Shown here: positions 28,874 through 37,116 of the stretch, in pieces
Layout: each line of letters begins with the position of its first letter
Numbering within the stretch: the stretch's first letter is position 1
NCBI GenBank assembly: GCA_963768655.1
Contig: CAVYIM010000006.1
Coordinates: 224,001-288,000, forward strand
Direction: 5' to 3'
Origin: an uncultured Chloroflexia bacterium
Lineage (GTDB): Bacteria > Chloroflexota > Limnocylindria > Limnocylindrales > CSP1-4
Length of the DNA: 64,000 nucleotides
Translations under genes and position numbers: made by a program
Notes under the pieces: model-generated
Told to the model about the DNA's origin: nothing
The model's input: only the letters and a program-made list of their open reading frames with translations
Databases searched by the model: none

Positions 28874-30661
28874 ATGAAACGCCGTGACCGGTTCGTCGTC
28901 GCCGGCCTTGTCGTGCTGCTGGCGATCGTCGGCGGGGCGATGTACGCCGCGGACTACGGGCAGTCTCCGGAGCCCACCCCCATCTACGCCACTCCGCCCC
29001 CGTCCGTCACCTACCGGGAGGGCGTGATCGGTAGTCCGAGCTCGATCAACCCACTGACGGCGAGCACGCAGGTCGACCGTGACCTGGTGGCGCTGCTGTT
29101 TCGGGGTCTGCTGCGCGCGGGGCCGAACGGCACGCTGCTGCCCGATCTGGCCCGCTCCTGGGCGGTTTCGCCCGACGGCCTGACCTACACGTTCAACATG
29201 AGCACCGACGCCCGCTGGGAGGACGGCCAGCCGGTCACGGCCGCGGACGTCGTCTTCACCGTGGACCTCGCCCAGGACCCCGACTACGACGGTCCGCTCG
29301 GTGGGACCTGGCAGGGGATCAAGGCCACCGCGGTCGGTTCCGACGTCGTTCGCTTCACGTTGCCGACGCCGCTCGGAGGGTTCCTGCGCCAGACGTTGCT
29401 GCCGATCCTGCCCGAGCACCTGCTCGGCAATACTGACGTCACCGATCTCGCCGACTCGGCCTTCAGCTCCCAGCCAGTCGGCGATGGGCCGTATCGAATC
29501 GCGGAGATGGACGACACTCACGTCCTGCTGACGCGCGTTCCGGACGTGGCTGCGGCGAGCGACACGGCCACCGCGGGCGCGTCGGCCGGCGCCACGGGCG
29601 GCGCCACTGCCACCACTGGCTCCGCTGCCTCGGCCAGCGCCACGGCCTCGGCCGCCGCAAGTGTGGGCGCTCTGGCCTCGGCCGGCGCCACGGCAGCCCC
29701 CCAGGGCAACATCGACAACCTCGAGCTGGTCTTCTTCAACGACGAGGCTTCCGCGGTGGCGAGCTTCCAGGCCGGCAACCTCGATGCCGTGGGAGATCTG
29801 ACTCCCGAGTCCATTGAAGCGGCCGCGACCCGTGCCGGAGCCAGCCTCACTCGGTATCCGTTGACGAGCCTGTACTCGGTCGTGCTGAACCAGCGGGCCG
29901 CTCATCCTGAATTCGGAACGCTGAGCGCGCGGCAGGGGCTGCTGGCCGCGATCGATCGGTCGACGATCCTGCAGACGGCGCTGCTCGGCCTCGGGACCGT
30001 GGCCGACGGACCGCTTCCGAGCTGGTCGCCGGCCTATGACCCGACCGCGGTGACAGCCACTGCATACAGCACGTCCGACGCCCAGGCGGATCTCACCGCC
30101 GCCGGCTGGGTCCACGGCCAATCCGGCTGGACGCCGCCGAACGCGACGAGCCAGTACACGATCCAGCTGCTCACGCCGGACCAGTCGACGAGGCCCGTCA
30201 CGTACCAGATCGCGGTCGATGTGGCAGCGGACTGGCGCAGCCTCGGGCTCGATGTCAGCTTGCAACCGCTCGATGCCGCCGACTACACGCAGAATCTGTC
30301 GACGGGTGACTTCGACGCGGCCGTGGTCGACTATCAGCTCGGGCTGGATCCCGACATCAGCCCTCTCCTACTGTCGTCGCAGGCGGCGCCGGCCGGGTCG
30401 AACCTCTCTGGCGTTGCCGACACGACGCTCGACCCGCTCCTGACGGCCGTTCGAACCACTTCCGACCCGGTCACTCGCCAGACCGCCATCTCGGCCGTCG
30501 AGAAGTACGTGACGGCGAACGTCCTCATGCTCCCGATATGCTTCGCCGACTACGAATTTGTCATCTCTGGTCGCGTCCAGGGAGTCGCGCCGAACGAAAT
30601 CGCCGATCCCTCGGGCCGCTATTGGGATGTGCTAGACTGGCGCCTCGCCAGCGACGGGTAG
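28874..30661 (+). CDS. Family 5 (peptide/nickel) solute-binding protein, N-terminally anchored, no adjacent permeases
   Basis: INPL, PDLA.SW..S.DGLTYTF, W.DG.PVTA.DVVFT, PVG.GPY; Ala/Thr-rich insert at about 29548-29700. Confidence 0.9.
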   Translation: MKRRDRFVVAGLVVLLAIVGGAMYAADYGQSPEPTPIYATPPPSVTYREGVIGSPSSINPLTASTQVDRDLVALLFRGLLRAGPNGTLLPDLARSWAVSPDGLTYTFNMSTDARWEDGQPVTAADVVFTVDLAQDPDYDGPLGGTWQGIKATAVGSDVVRFTLPTPLGGFLRQTLLPILPEHLLGNTDVTDLADSAFSSQPVGDGPYRIAEMDDTHVLLTRVPDVAAASDTATAGASAGATGGATATTGSAASASATASAAASVGALASAGATAAPQGNIDNLELVFFNDEASAVASFQAGNLDAVGDLTPESIEAAATRAGASLTRYPLTSLYSVVLNQRAAHPEFGTLSARQGLLAAIDRSTILQTALLGLGTVADGPLPSWSPAYDPTAVTATAYSTSDAQADLTAAGWVHGQSGWTPPNATSQYTIQLLTPDQSTRPVTYQIAVDVAADWRSLGLDVSLQPLDAADYTQNLSTGDFDAAVVDYQLGLDPDISPLLLSSQAAPAGSNLSGVADTTLDPLLTAVRTTSDPVTRQTAISAVEKYVTANVLMLPICFADYEFVISGRVQGVAPNEIADPSGRYWDVLDWRLASDG

Positions 30662-30677
30662 CCCCGCCGCTGTGTGC

Positions 30678-30764
30678 GCCGAGGTGGCGGAATTGGCAGA
30701 CGCGCTGGTTTCAGGAGCCAGTGGCCGCAAGGCTGTAGGGGTTCAAATCCCCTCCTCGGCACCA
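30678..30764 (+). tRNA. tRNA-Leu(CAG)
   Basis: Cloverleaf; anticodon arm CTGGT-TTCAGGA-GCCAG; long variable arm; GTTCAAATC; encoded CCA. Confidence 0.96.
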
Positions 30765-30806
30765 GGAATCATTCAGGCGGCGCGGAGGCGTCGCGACAGT
30801 GCTCGT

Positions 30807-30891
30807 GCCCAGGTGGCGGAATTGGTATACGCGTACGTTTGAGGGGCGTATGGAGCAATCCATCCGGGTTCAAGTCCCGGCCTGGGCACCA
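30807..30891 (+). tRNA. tRNA-Leu(GAG)
   Basis: Anticodon arm TACGT-TTGAGGG-GCGTA; long variable arm; GTTCAAGTC; CCA. Confidence 0.96.
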
Positions 30892-30985
30892 CCTTCACCC
30901 TGAACCTGAACTCACGGCCGCGAGGCGGCCTGCGCGAATCGAGACACCGGCCGCGAGGCGGCCAGCGCGGCCACCGCGGCTTCCC

Positions 30986-31061
30986 GGGCGGTTAGCTCAG
31001 CGGCTAGAGCGCCTCGTTTACACCGAGGATGTCGCAGGTTCGAATCCTGCACCGCCCACCA
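30986..31061 (+). tRNA. tRNA-Val(TAC)
   Basis: Anticodon arm CCTCG-TTTACAC-CGAGG; GTTCGAATC; CCA. Confidence 0.96.
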
Positions 31062-31128
31062 ACCCACATCGGCCACGTCTGCGCCGGTTTCTCGATCGGG
31101 CTGCGCCCGGTGTTGCCCACGCTCGAAC

Positions 31129-31319
31129 CTGGACATCTGCAAACGGGCGTAGCACGCGACCAGATTGTCTGGGCCGGAATGGGCCGAAACGGCCTGCGGA
31201 ACAAGGCTGGCAGCCGTGGCTGAGCGTGGATGTCCATCCCAACCTCAATTCCGAGGCACCGGGCCGTCGCGACGTTCGTCGGAGTCGCCCTCGTGCTACA
31301 CGGGTTTGCATATGTCCAG
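31129..31319. repeat. 191-bp element bounded by 28-bp imperfect inverted repeats
   Basis: CTGGACATCTGCAAACGGGCGTAGCACG (31129-31156) matches the reverse complement of 31292-31319 at 24/28 positions. Confidence 0.8.
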
Positions 31320-31559
31320 ATGCCCCGGCGCCGGGGTTGAAGAGGACTCGCCCGCCGTCGTGCACGTCCAGACCGCCCGGGCAATGGCGCTGCCGAACCT
31401 TCGGCCGGTCCGGCGAGTCGAACGGGCGTGAACGCAACGAGGCGTTCGCCTGCCGGGCGTGTTTCCGTTTGGGCGAACCTTCAGGCGTGGCTCAGGTAGA
31501 CGCCTGCTAGACTGACGCCGCACGCTCCTGTGCGGCCCCATCTCCTCGAGGAGGGACAC

Positions 31560-32120
31560 GTGCTCCCGCTCATCATCGTCATCGTCGTACTCGTAGTCCT
31601 GGTCCTGTTCCTGGTCGGCATCTACAACGGTCTCGTAACGAAGCGGAATCGCGTCGATGAGGCGAACTCCCAGATCCAAGTCCAGTTCCAGCGCCGTCAC
31701 GACCTGATCCCGAACCTCGTGAACGCGGTGAAGGGCTACATGGACTTCGAAAAGGGAGTCCTCGAGGCCGTCACCACGGCCCGCGCCAACGCCGTCGCCG
31801 CCGGCGCCCAGGGCCCCGTCGCGCAGGGTCAGGCCGAGAACGCGCTGACCGGCACGCTGCGATCCCTCTTCGCGGTCGTCGAGAATTACCCGGATCTCAA
31901 GGCCAACCAGAACGTGATGTCACTGCAGGAGCAGTTGACTACGACGGAGAATCAGATCTCGTTCTCTCGCCAGCACTACAACGCCACCGTCCTCGAATAC
32001 AACAATTCGCTCCAGGTCTTCCCGAACGTGCTCATCGCTGGGCCCATGGGCTTCACGAAGCGTGAGTTCTTCGCGGCCGACGCGGACGCCACGGCAGTTC
32101 CGGTCGTCAATCTCGGGTAG
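31560..32120 (+). CDS. lemA: LemA family protein
   Basis: N-terminal TM; YNGLV..RN, QRRHDLIPNLV, ENYPDLKA, RQHYN; GAGGAGG SD. Confidence 0.95.
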   Translation: MLPLIIVIVVLVVLVLFLVGIYNGLVTKRNRVDEANSQIQVQFQRRHDLIPNLVNAVKGYMDFEKGVLEAVTTARANAVAAGAQGPVAQGQAENALTGTLRSLFAVVENYPDLKANQNVMSLQEQLTTTENQISFSRQHYNATVLEYNNSLQVFPNVLIAGPMGFTKREFFAADADATAVPVVNLG

Positions 32121-32139
32121 CACATCTGGGATCGGAATC

Positions 32140-32170
32140 GAGGCCGCGCCGCAATTCGTGGCGCGGCTTC
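32140..32170 (+). other. GC-rich hairpin between lemA and htpX
   Basis: GAGGCCGCGCC-GCAATTCGT-GGCGCGGCTTC stem-loop, no U-tract. Confidence 0.5.
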
Positions 32171-32182
32171 ACCCCTGAGGCT

Positions 32183-33175
32183 GTGTCCGTGACAACCACC
32201 ACGTTCTACTCCGAGGAATCGGCCAACCGGCGCAAGTCTTTCTTCCTGGCCCTGTTGGTCATCGCCTTCCTGGCCGCTTTTGGATTCGTGATCGGTTACA
32301 GCATCGGTTACGGCAGCGGCGACGAAGTGGCGTTCGGCATCGGTGCCCTGGTCATCGCCATCGGCATCGGCACGGTCGGTGCTCTGTTCTCCTATTTCGG
32401 CGGCGACAAGCTCGTGCTTTCAAGCTCGCACGCCCAGGAGGTGAGCGCGCAACAGGCCCCGGCACTGTACGACGTCGTCAACGAGATGGCGATCGCGGCC
32501 GGTGTGCCGATGCCCAAGGTCTACATCATCAACGACCCCTCGCCCAACGCCTTCGCGACCGGCCGTGACCCTCAGCACTCTTCGGTGGCCGTGACCACCG
32601 GCCTGCTGCAGAAGATGAATCGCGAAGAGCTTCAGGGCGTCCTCGGTCACGAGCTGTCGCACGTCCGCAACTACGACATCCGCTTCACTCTGATCGTCGG
32701 CGTGATGGTCGGCAGCCTGGCGCTGCTGGCTGGTTTCTTCCTGCGATACACGTTCTGGTTCGGTGGCGGGCGCCGCAACAACAACAGTGGAGGAGGCGGC
32801 GGGCTCGCGATCATTCTGCTGCTGGTCGGGGTGGTCATGGCGGCCGTCAGCTACGTGTTCGGAGCCCTCGTGCAGATGGCGGTCAGCCGCCAGCGCGAGT
32901 ACCTGGCCGACGCCTCGTCCGTGGAGCTGACCCGCAACCCGCACGGCCTGGAGAGTGCCCTGGCCAAGCTGGCTTCGGACAACGAGCCGCTCCACTCGGT
33001 CAACGGCGCCACCCAGCACCTCTACATCGTCAATCCCCTCAAGAAGCTGGGCGGTGGATCGGCCCTGTTCTCGACCCACCCGCCCATCGTCGACCGCATC
33101 AACCGCCTGCGCCAGCTGACCGGCGATCCGCCCATGAATCCGGCCGAGGTGCGCCAGCTGACGGGGCTCGAATAG
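32183..33175 (+). CDS. htpX: M48 zinc metalloprotease HtpX
   Basis: PNAFATG, HELSH, SRQREYLAD, FSTHP. Confidence 0.94.
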   Translation: MSVTTTTFYSEESANRRKSFFLALLVIAFLAAFGFVIGYSIGYGSGDEVAFGIGALVIAIGIGTVGALFSYFGGDKLVLSSSHAQEVSAQQAPALYDVVNEMAIAAGVPMPKVYIINDPSPNAFATGRDPQHSSVAVTTGLLQKMNREELQGVLGHELSHVRNYDIRFTLIVGVMVGSLALLAGFFLRYTFWFGGGRRNNNSGGGGGLAIILLLVGVVMAAVSYVFGALVQMAVSRQREYLADASSVELTRNPHGLESALAKLASDNEPLHSVNGATQHLYIVNPLKKLGGGSALFSTHPPIVDRINRLRQLTGDPPMNPAEVRQLTGLE

Positions 33176-33279
33176 GCGATAGACCGGGGCCCGAAATGGT
33201 GCGGGCGGTCGCCTTGCAGCGTTTCGGCCCGGCGTGGTACCTTTCCCCGCGCCGACGGGCAGCCAGTCCGTCAGACCGG

Positions 33280-33355
33280 GCCGAGATAGCTCAGTTGGTA
33301 GAGCACGCGACTGAAAATCGCGGTGTCGCCAGTTCGATCCTGGCTCTCGGCACCA
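33280..33355 (+). tRNA. tRNA-Phe(GAA)
   Basis: Anticodon arm CGCGA-CTGAAAA-TCGCG; CCA. Confidence 0.97.
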
Positions 33356-33378
33356 TAGACGGCTGGCATGGTTTTCGA

Positions 33379-33454
33379 GCGGAAGTGGCTCAGTTGGTAG
33401 AGCATCACCTTGCCAAGGTGAGGGTCGCGGGTTCGAGTCCCGTCTTCCGCTCCA
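33379..33454 (+). tRNA. tRNA-Gly(GCC)
   Basis: Anticodon arm CACC-TTGCCAA-GGTG; U73; CCA. Confidence 0.97.
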
Positions 33455-33505
33455 CTCCCTCTAAGGTGTTGACCCTGGCGGGTGTCCGCCGACAGATCGA
33501 GCCTC

Positions 33506-33579
33506 TGCCCCTTCGTCTAGTGGTAGGACAGCGGACTTTGGATCCGTTGGGCGAGGTTCGAATCCTCGAGGGGCAGCCA
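33506..33579 (+). tRNA. tRNA-Gln(TTG)
   Basis: U1-A72; anticodon arm GCGGA-CTTTGGA-TCCGT; G73; CCA. Confidence 0.95.
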
Positions 33580-33642
33580 GTCTGACTCAACAGCGCCGGT
33601 CCCCTTGCCGGCCAGGCCGCCCAGCGGGGCGGCTCGCGTCGA

Positions 33643-33718
33643 GGCGACGTACCCAAGTGGTTAAGGGGGAGGTCTGCAAAACCTCTATTCAGCGGTTCGA
33701 ATCCGCTCGTCGCCTCCA
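33643..33718 (+). tRNA. tRNA-Cys(GCA)
   Basis: Anticodon arm GAGGT-CTGCAAA-ACCTC; U73; CCA. Confidence 0.96.
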
Positions 33719-33851
33719 CTTTCCCTCCGGAACGCCGCGCAGGCACAATTGCATCCGGATAGGGGCGCGTCCGTGAACCCCCGACTATCGGGCGGCATCG
33801 AGTGACTGAAGGCGTCGAAGGCGCCCGAAGATGCGACAGGAGGGGCGATCA

Positions 33852-34397
33852 GTGACCGAGGCGGGCCACCAGCGGACGCTCGTGGACCTTGCCCGTGCCG
33901 GCGACGTCGCCGCCTTCGAGTCGCTGGTGAGAAGTCGAATGGACGCGATCTACAGGCTGGATCTGGCGATCCTGGGCGATGACGCGGACGCGGCCGACGC
34001 GGCGCAGGAAACCTTCATCGCGGCCTGGCGCAAGCTTGGTGACCTGCGCGATCCGGGCCGCTTCGAAGCGTGGCTGCAGCGCGTCAGCGTCAACGCTTGC
34101 CGGATGATCCGGCGATCGCGCGGCCGGCGCCTCGTCCGCGAGGTGCCGATGGCGGAGATGGAGGCGGTGGGCTCGGAGGTGGCGGCTGCGCAGCCATCCG
34201 ACGGCCATGTTCTGCGGGCTGCCCTGCGACGCTTGTCGGACGACCACCGGGCGGTGCTCGCTCTTCACCATCTCGATGGGCGGTCGGTGATGGAAATCGC
34301 GATGGTCCTCGGCATCCCGGAAGGGACGGCCAAGTCGCGGCTCTTCAAGGCCCGTGCGGCACTCGACAGGGCGCTCCGCGAGGAGGGACAGCGATGA
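33852..34397 (+). CDS. ECF sigma factor (sigma-70 group 4)
   Basis: Region 2 (DAAQETFIAAWR..FEAWL) and region 4 (EIA.VLGIPEGTAKSRL.KAR); AGGAGG SD. Confidence 0.95.
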   Translation: MTEAGHQRTLVDLARAGDVAAFESLVRSRMDAIYRLDLAILGDDADAADAAQETFIAAWRKLGDLRDPGRFEAWLQRVSVNACRMIRRSRGRRLVREVPMAEMEAVGSEVAAAQPSDGHVLRAALRRLSDDHRAVLALHHLDGRSVMEIAMVLGIPEGTAKSRLFKARAALDRALREEGQR

Positions 34398-35908
34398 GTC
34401 CGTGGACCGACGAGCGCCTTAATGCGGCGTACCTGACGATGACGGACGAGCCGGCTCCGCGTGAGCTGGCAGCGGCTACCGTCGCCGCGATCCACAGGGC
34501 TGCCGAGGAGCGGCCGAGCCGGCGCGATGCGCTCGGTTTCGCCCTGGGGCGGCCGGCGTTGAGGTTACTCGGCAGCGGGGTTGCGGTCGTGATCGTCGCT
34601 GGGATCGTCGCCGGACTGGCGCTGAGATCCGCGACCGGTCCCGCGACGGGTCCGACCGCAAGTCCAACGACGGGGCCGACAGGCAGTCCCTCGGCCAGTC
34701 CGACGACCGGGCCCACGTCCGAGCCGACCGTTCAGGCGATGCCGACGACCGTCGATGGGTTGACCGTGGAGTCGGTGAGCCATGCTCTTGCCGCGGAGAA
34801 GAGCGGCGCGATCGTCGGAGACTCGCTGGTGGCGATCAAGGGCTGGTACAACCCGATGTTCTGGATGGGCTGTCCGGCCGAAACGCCCGCCCCGGCGCTG
34901 GTGGAGACATGCAGCTCCCGAAGGCTTGTCATCACCGAGAACAAGGAGCAGCTCGTTGTATTCAACGGCAACGAGGTCGCTGCGAATATGACCCCGAGCG
35001 GGCCCTACGTCGATGCCCTGGAGCCCGATGGCTCATACGTCGAAGCGGAGTTGCCGGTGAGCGACCAATCGTCGCCTGCTTCCTATGACCCATCGCCCGT
35101 GATCATCGTCGGCCACTTCCACGACGTGCGCGCATCTGCCTGTGGGTCCGATGAGGCGGCCTGCGACGCCGCCTTTGTCGCGGACCAGCTTGCGTGGTTC
35201 GACGGCAAGAGCTTCGGCCCGAATGTCTGGACCGGGGCAGACGCGGCCGACCATGTCCTCAAGCCACGCCTGGGCGCGGACGGCGTCGCGGCCGCGCTTC
35301 GATCCGAGCTTGGCCCTGACGATACGATCGTCTCGATGGGTGCCGTGGGCTCGCAGGATCTGTACACGCTTCAACCGGGCCGCGGGGTCTCGAGCAGCAC
35401 CGCGAGCAGCGCTTCTGACGTCGAGTGGTACGTCCGCGTCGCCGGGCCAGAGCCCCGCTGGCCGGAGATGGCATTTGCGGGCGGGTCGAGCGGATGGCTC
35501 GTCGTGGCGGACGATTCCGGGCAGCTGATGGAGGTAGGCGGCTGGGGCTTCGTCCCGGCCGACGACCCGTCGTACGTGCCGTCGGTTCGCACGCTTCCGT
35601 CGGGCGACCTGGCGCTTCCGACCGTCAACGCGCTCGTCGAAGGCTTGAGCTTGTGCGCCGGGGTCGGTGTCGACGCTGTGTTGCACGGGAGCGCGACAGA
35701 TCCGCGGATTGCCTGGCTGGTGAGCAACGCGCCCTTCACGGCTGGCAAGCGCGTAGACGTTGTGTGGCCAGCGGGATATCGGGCCCGCTTCACACCGAGC
35801 CTCGAGATCCTGGACGAGAACGGCAATGTCGTCCTGAGCGCGGGCAGCCACGTCACCGGTCTGTGCGACGATGGCGGCGCCCTTCTGATGCCGCCGCCGT
35901 TCCCGTAG
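34394..35908 (+). CDS. Putative anti-sigma factor: single TM, Pro/Thr linker, Cys-containing extracytoplasmic domains
   Basis: ATGA overlap with the sigma gene; short cytoplasmic N-terminus; TM; TGPT repeats; GHFHD..C..C motif. Confidence 0.7.
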   Translation: MSPWTDERLNAAYLTMTDEPAPRELAAATVAAIHRAAEERPSRRDALGFALGRPALRLLGSGVAVVIVAGIVAGLALRSATGPATGPTASPTTGPTGSPSASPTTGPTSEPTVQAMPTTVDGLTVESVSHALAAEKSGAIVGDSLVAIKGWYNPMFWMGCPAETPAPALVETCSSRRLVITENKEQLVVFNGNEVAANMTPSGPYVDALEPDGSYVEAELPVSDQSSPASYDPSPVIIVGHFHDVRASACGSDEAACDAAFVADQLAWFDGKSFGPNVWTGADAADHVLKPRLGADGVAAALRSELGPDDTIVSMGAVGSQDLYTLQPGRGVSSSTASSASDVEWYVRVAGPEPRWPEMAFAGGSSGWLVVADDSGQLMEVGGWGFVPADDPSYVPSVRTLPSGDLALPTVNALVEGLSLCAGVGVDAVLHGSATDPRIAWLVSNAPFTAGKRVDVVWPAGYRARFTPSLEILDENGNVVLSAGSHVTGLCDDGGALLMPPPFP

Positions 35909-35944
35909 CCCGCGGGCGCTGGGCCCGCGCTACGCTTCGCGAGT

Positions 35945-36031
35945 GCCGGAGTGGCGGAACAGGCAGACGCAGCGGACCTAAACTCCGCGGCCCGCAAGGG
36001 CGTCAGGGTTCGAACCCCTGCTCCGGCACCA
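35945..36031 (+). tRNA. tRNA-Leu(TAA) with non-canonical C33
   Basis: Acceptor GCCGGAG/CTCCGGC, A73, CCA; long variable arm; anticodon arm GCGGA-CCTAAAC-TCCGC. Confidence 0.92.
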
Positions 36032-36073
36032 GGCTCATGCGCGAGGGCCGGCGTGGCGGCCCCGGAGCGCGCA

Positions 36074-36646
36074 TCACGGGAAGCGGGTAGGGGAGGATGC
36101 GCGAACGGGGGCGCTGTGGGCCGCCGCCGACGCGGCCGCGACGAACTCCGGGATCAGGACGGCAACGCGCAGGGCGAGGACCTCGGGCGGCTCGGGGTCG
36201 TCCATGTTCAGGGTGAGGTCGGGCGAGGCGGGTTCGCGCCAGGGGATGTCCACGCCGACGACGTTGCTCTGCTGCCCGGCGTTGGCCCGGGCGTAGACGC
36301 CCCGGAGGTCGCGGCGGGCGAGCTTCTGCAGAGAGGCTCGCAGGAAGACCTCGCGATAACCAGGCAAATTCGCCCTGTTCCACGCCAGTCGATCGGGATC
36401 CGAGCACGCATCGGCCACGACGACGATGAGCTTCTGCATCGCGAGCAGGCGGGCGATCCGGCCCAGGCGGGCCGACTGAGCGCCTCGTTCCTCCGCCGTG
36501 TAGCCAAGACCGTCGTCGACGGCCGCGCGGACGGCGTCGCTGTCGAGGACGGCGACCGCAGCGACCGGGGCCAGCGCACCGCGCAACGCCTCCGCCAGCG
36601 TCGACTTGCCCGAGCCGGAGAGCCCAACGAGCCAGACGACGCTCAT
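36074..36646 (-). CDS. cysC: Adenylyl-sulfate (APS) kinase-like protein
   Basis: WLVGLSGSGKST, LDSD.VR, LGYT.EER, RD..GVY, VVGVDIPW.EP..PD. Confidence 0.8.
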   Translation of the reverse strand: MSVVWLVGLSGSGKSTLAEALRGALAPVAAVAVLDSDAVRAAVDDGLGYTAEERGAQSARLGRIARLLAMQKLIVVVADACSDPDRLAWNRANLPGYREVFLRASLQKLARRDLRGVYARANAGQQSNVVGVDIPWREPASPDLTLNMDDPEPPEVLALRVAVLIPEFVAAASAAAHSAPVRASSPTRFP

Positions 36647-36911
36647 CGGCGCTCGGCCGGCGGGGCGCTTCGCCGCGTCGAGCCGCAAGGCGGCGCGGGC
36701 GGCGTGTGTCGAAGCTGGTACATCGGCGAGGTTGTCATCCGGTTGCAGGGAGGCTGGCATCGACCCGGAACGGTGCTCTCGTTAGATCACGGCGTGACGG
36801 CCGTTTGGCCGGGTGCGGTTTCCCATGTTCGGACAGGTAACCAGTCCCGTACAGGCTGCATCCGGGGGCCCGGCCTGGGGTGGTGCGTACGTCCCAGCAG
36901 CGGCTCTTCTC

Positions 36912-36945
36912 AAACCAAAAGGCGGGCCGCTTTTCGCAGCCCGCC
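36912..36945 (-). terminator. Intrinsic terminator downstream of the Flp pilin
   Basis: Minus strand GGCGGGCTGC-GAAAA-GCGGCCCGCC followed by TTTTGGTTT. Confidence 0.85.
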
Positions 36946-36966
36946 TCGGTCCAGCCCATGACGTCC

Positions 36967-37116
36967 CTAGATGTTGGCCCCGATATGGCTGATTTCCGAA
37001 TCCAGATTGCCGCTGAAGAACAAGAGCGCGGCAACAGCGAGAATCGCGATCAAAGAAAGAATGAGTGCGTACTCCGCGAGACCCTGCCCTTCCTCGCGGT
37101 GAAGGAGCAAGAACAA
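36967..37116 (-). CDS. Flp/Fap type IVb pilin (49 aa; not in ORF track)
   Basis: MFLLLHREEGQGLAEYALILSLIAILAVAALLFFSGNLDSEISHIGANI; G|Q.L.EY motif; AAAGGAGG SD before TTG. Confidence 0.92.
   Translation of the reverse strand: MFLLLHREEGQGLAEYALILSLIAILAVAALLFFSGNLDSEISHIGANI

Noticed and set aside
30674-31510. ORFs spanning the tRNA clusters (also 33196-33585 and 35951-36961)
   Set aside because: They overlap clear tRNA genes and have no protein features
35972-35988. Reading the tRNA as an amber (CTA) suppressor
   Set aside because: The 5-bp stem and 7-nt loop place TAA at positions 34-36; CTA would need an off-centre anticodon
36650-36900. SAM-type riboswitch upstream of the APS kinase (GAGAG..GCAACC)
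   Set aside because: Only short fragments match; I could not build the helices
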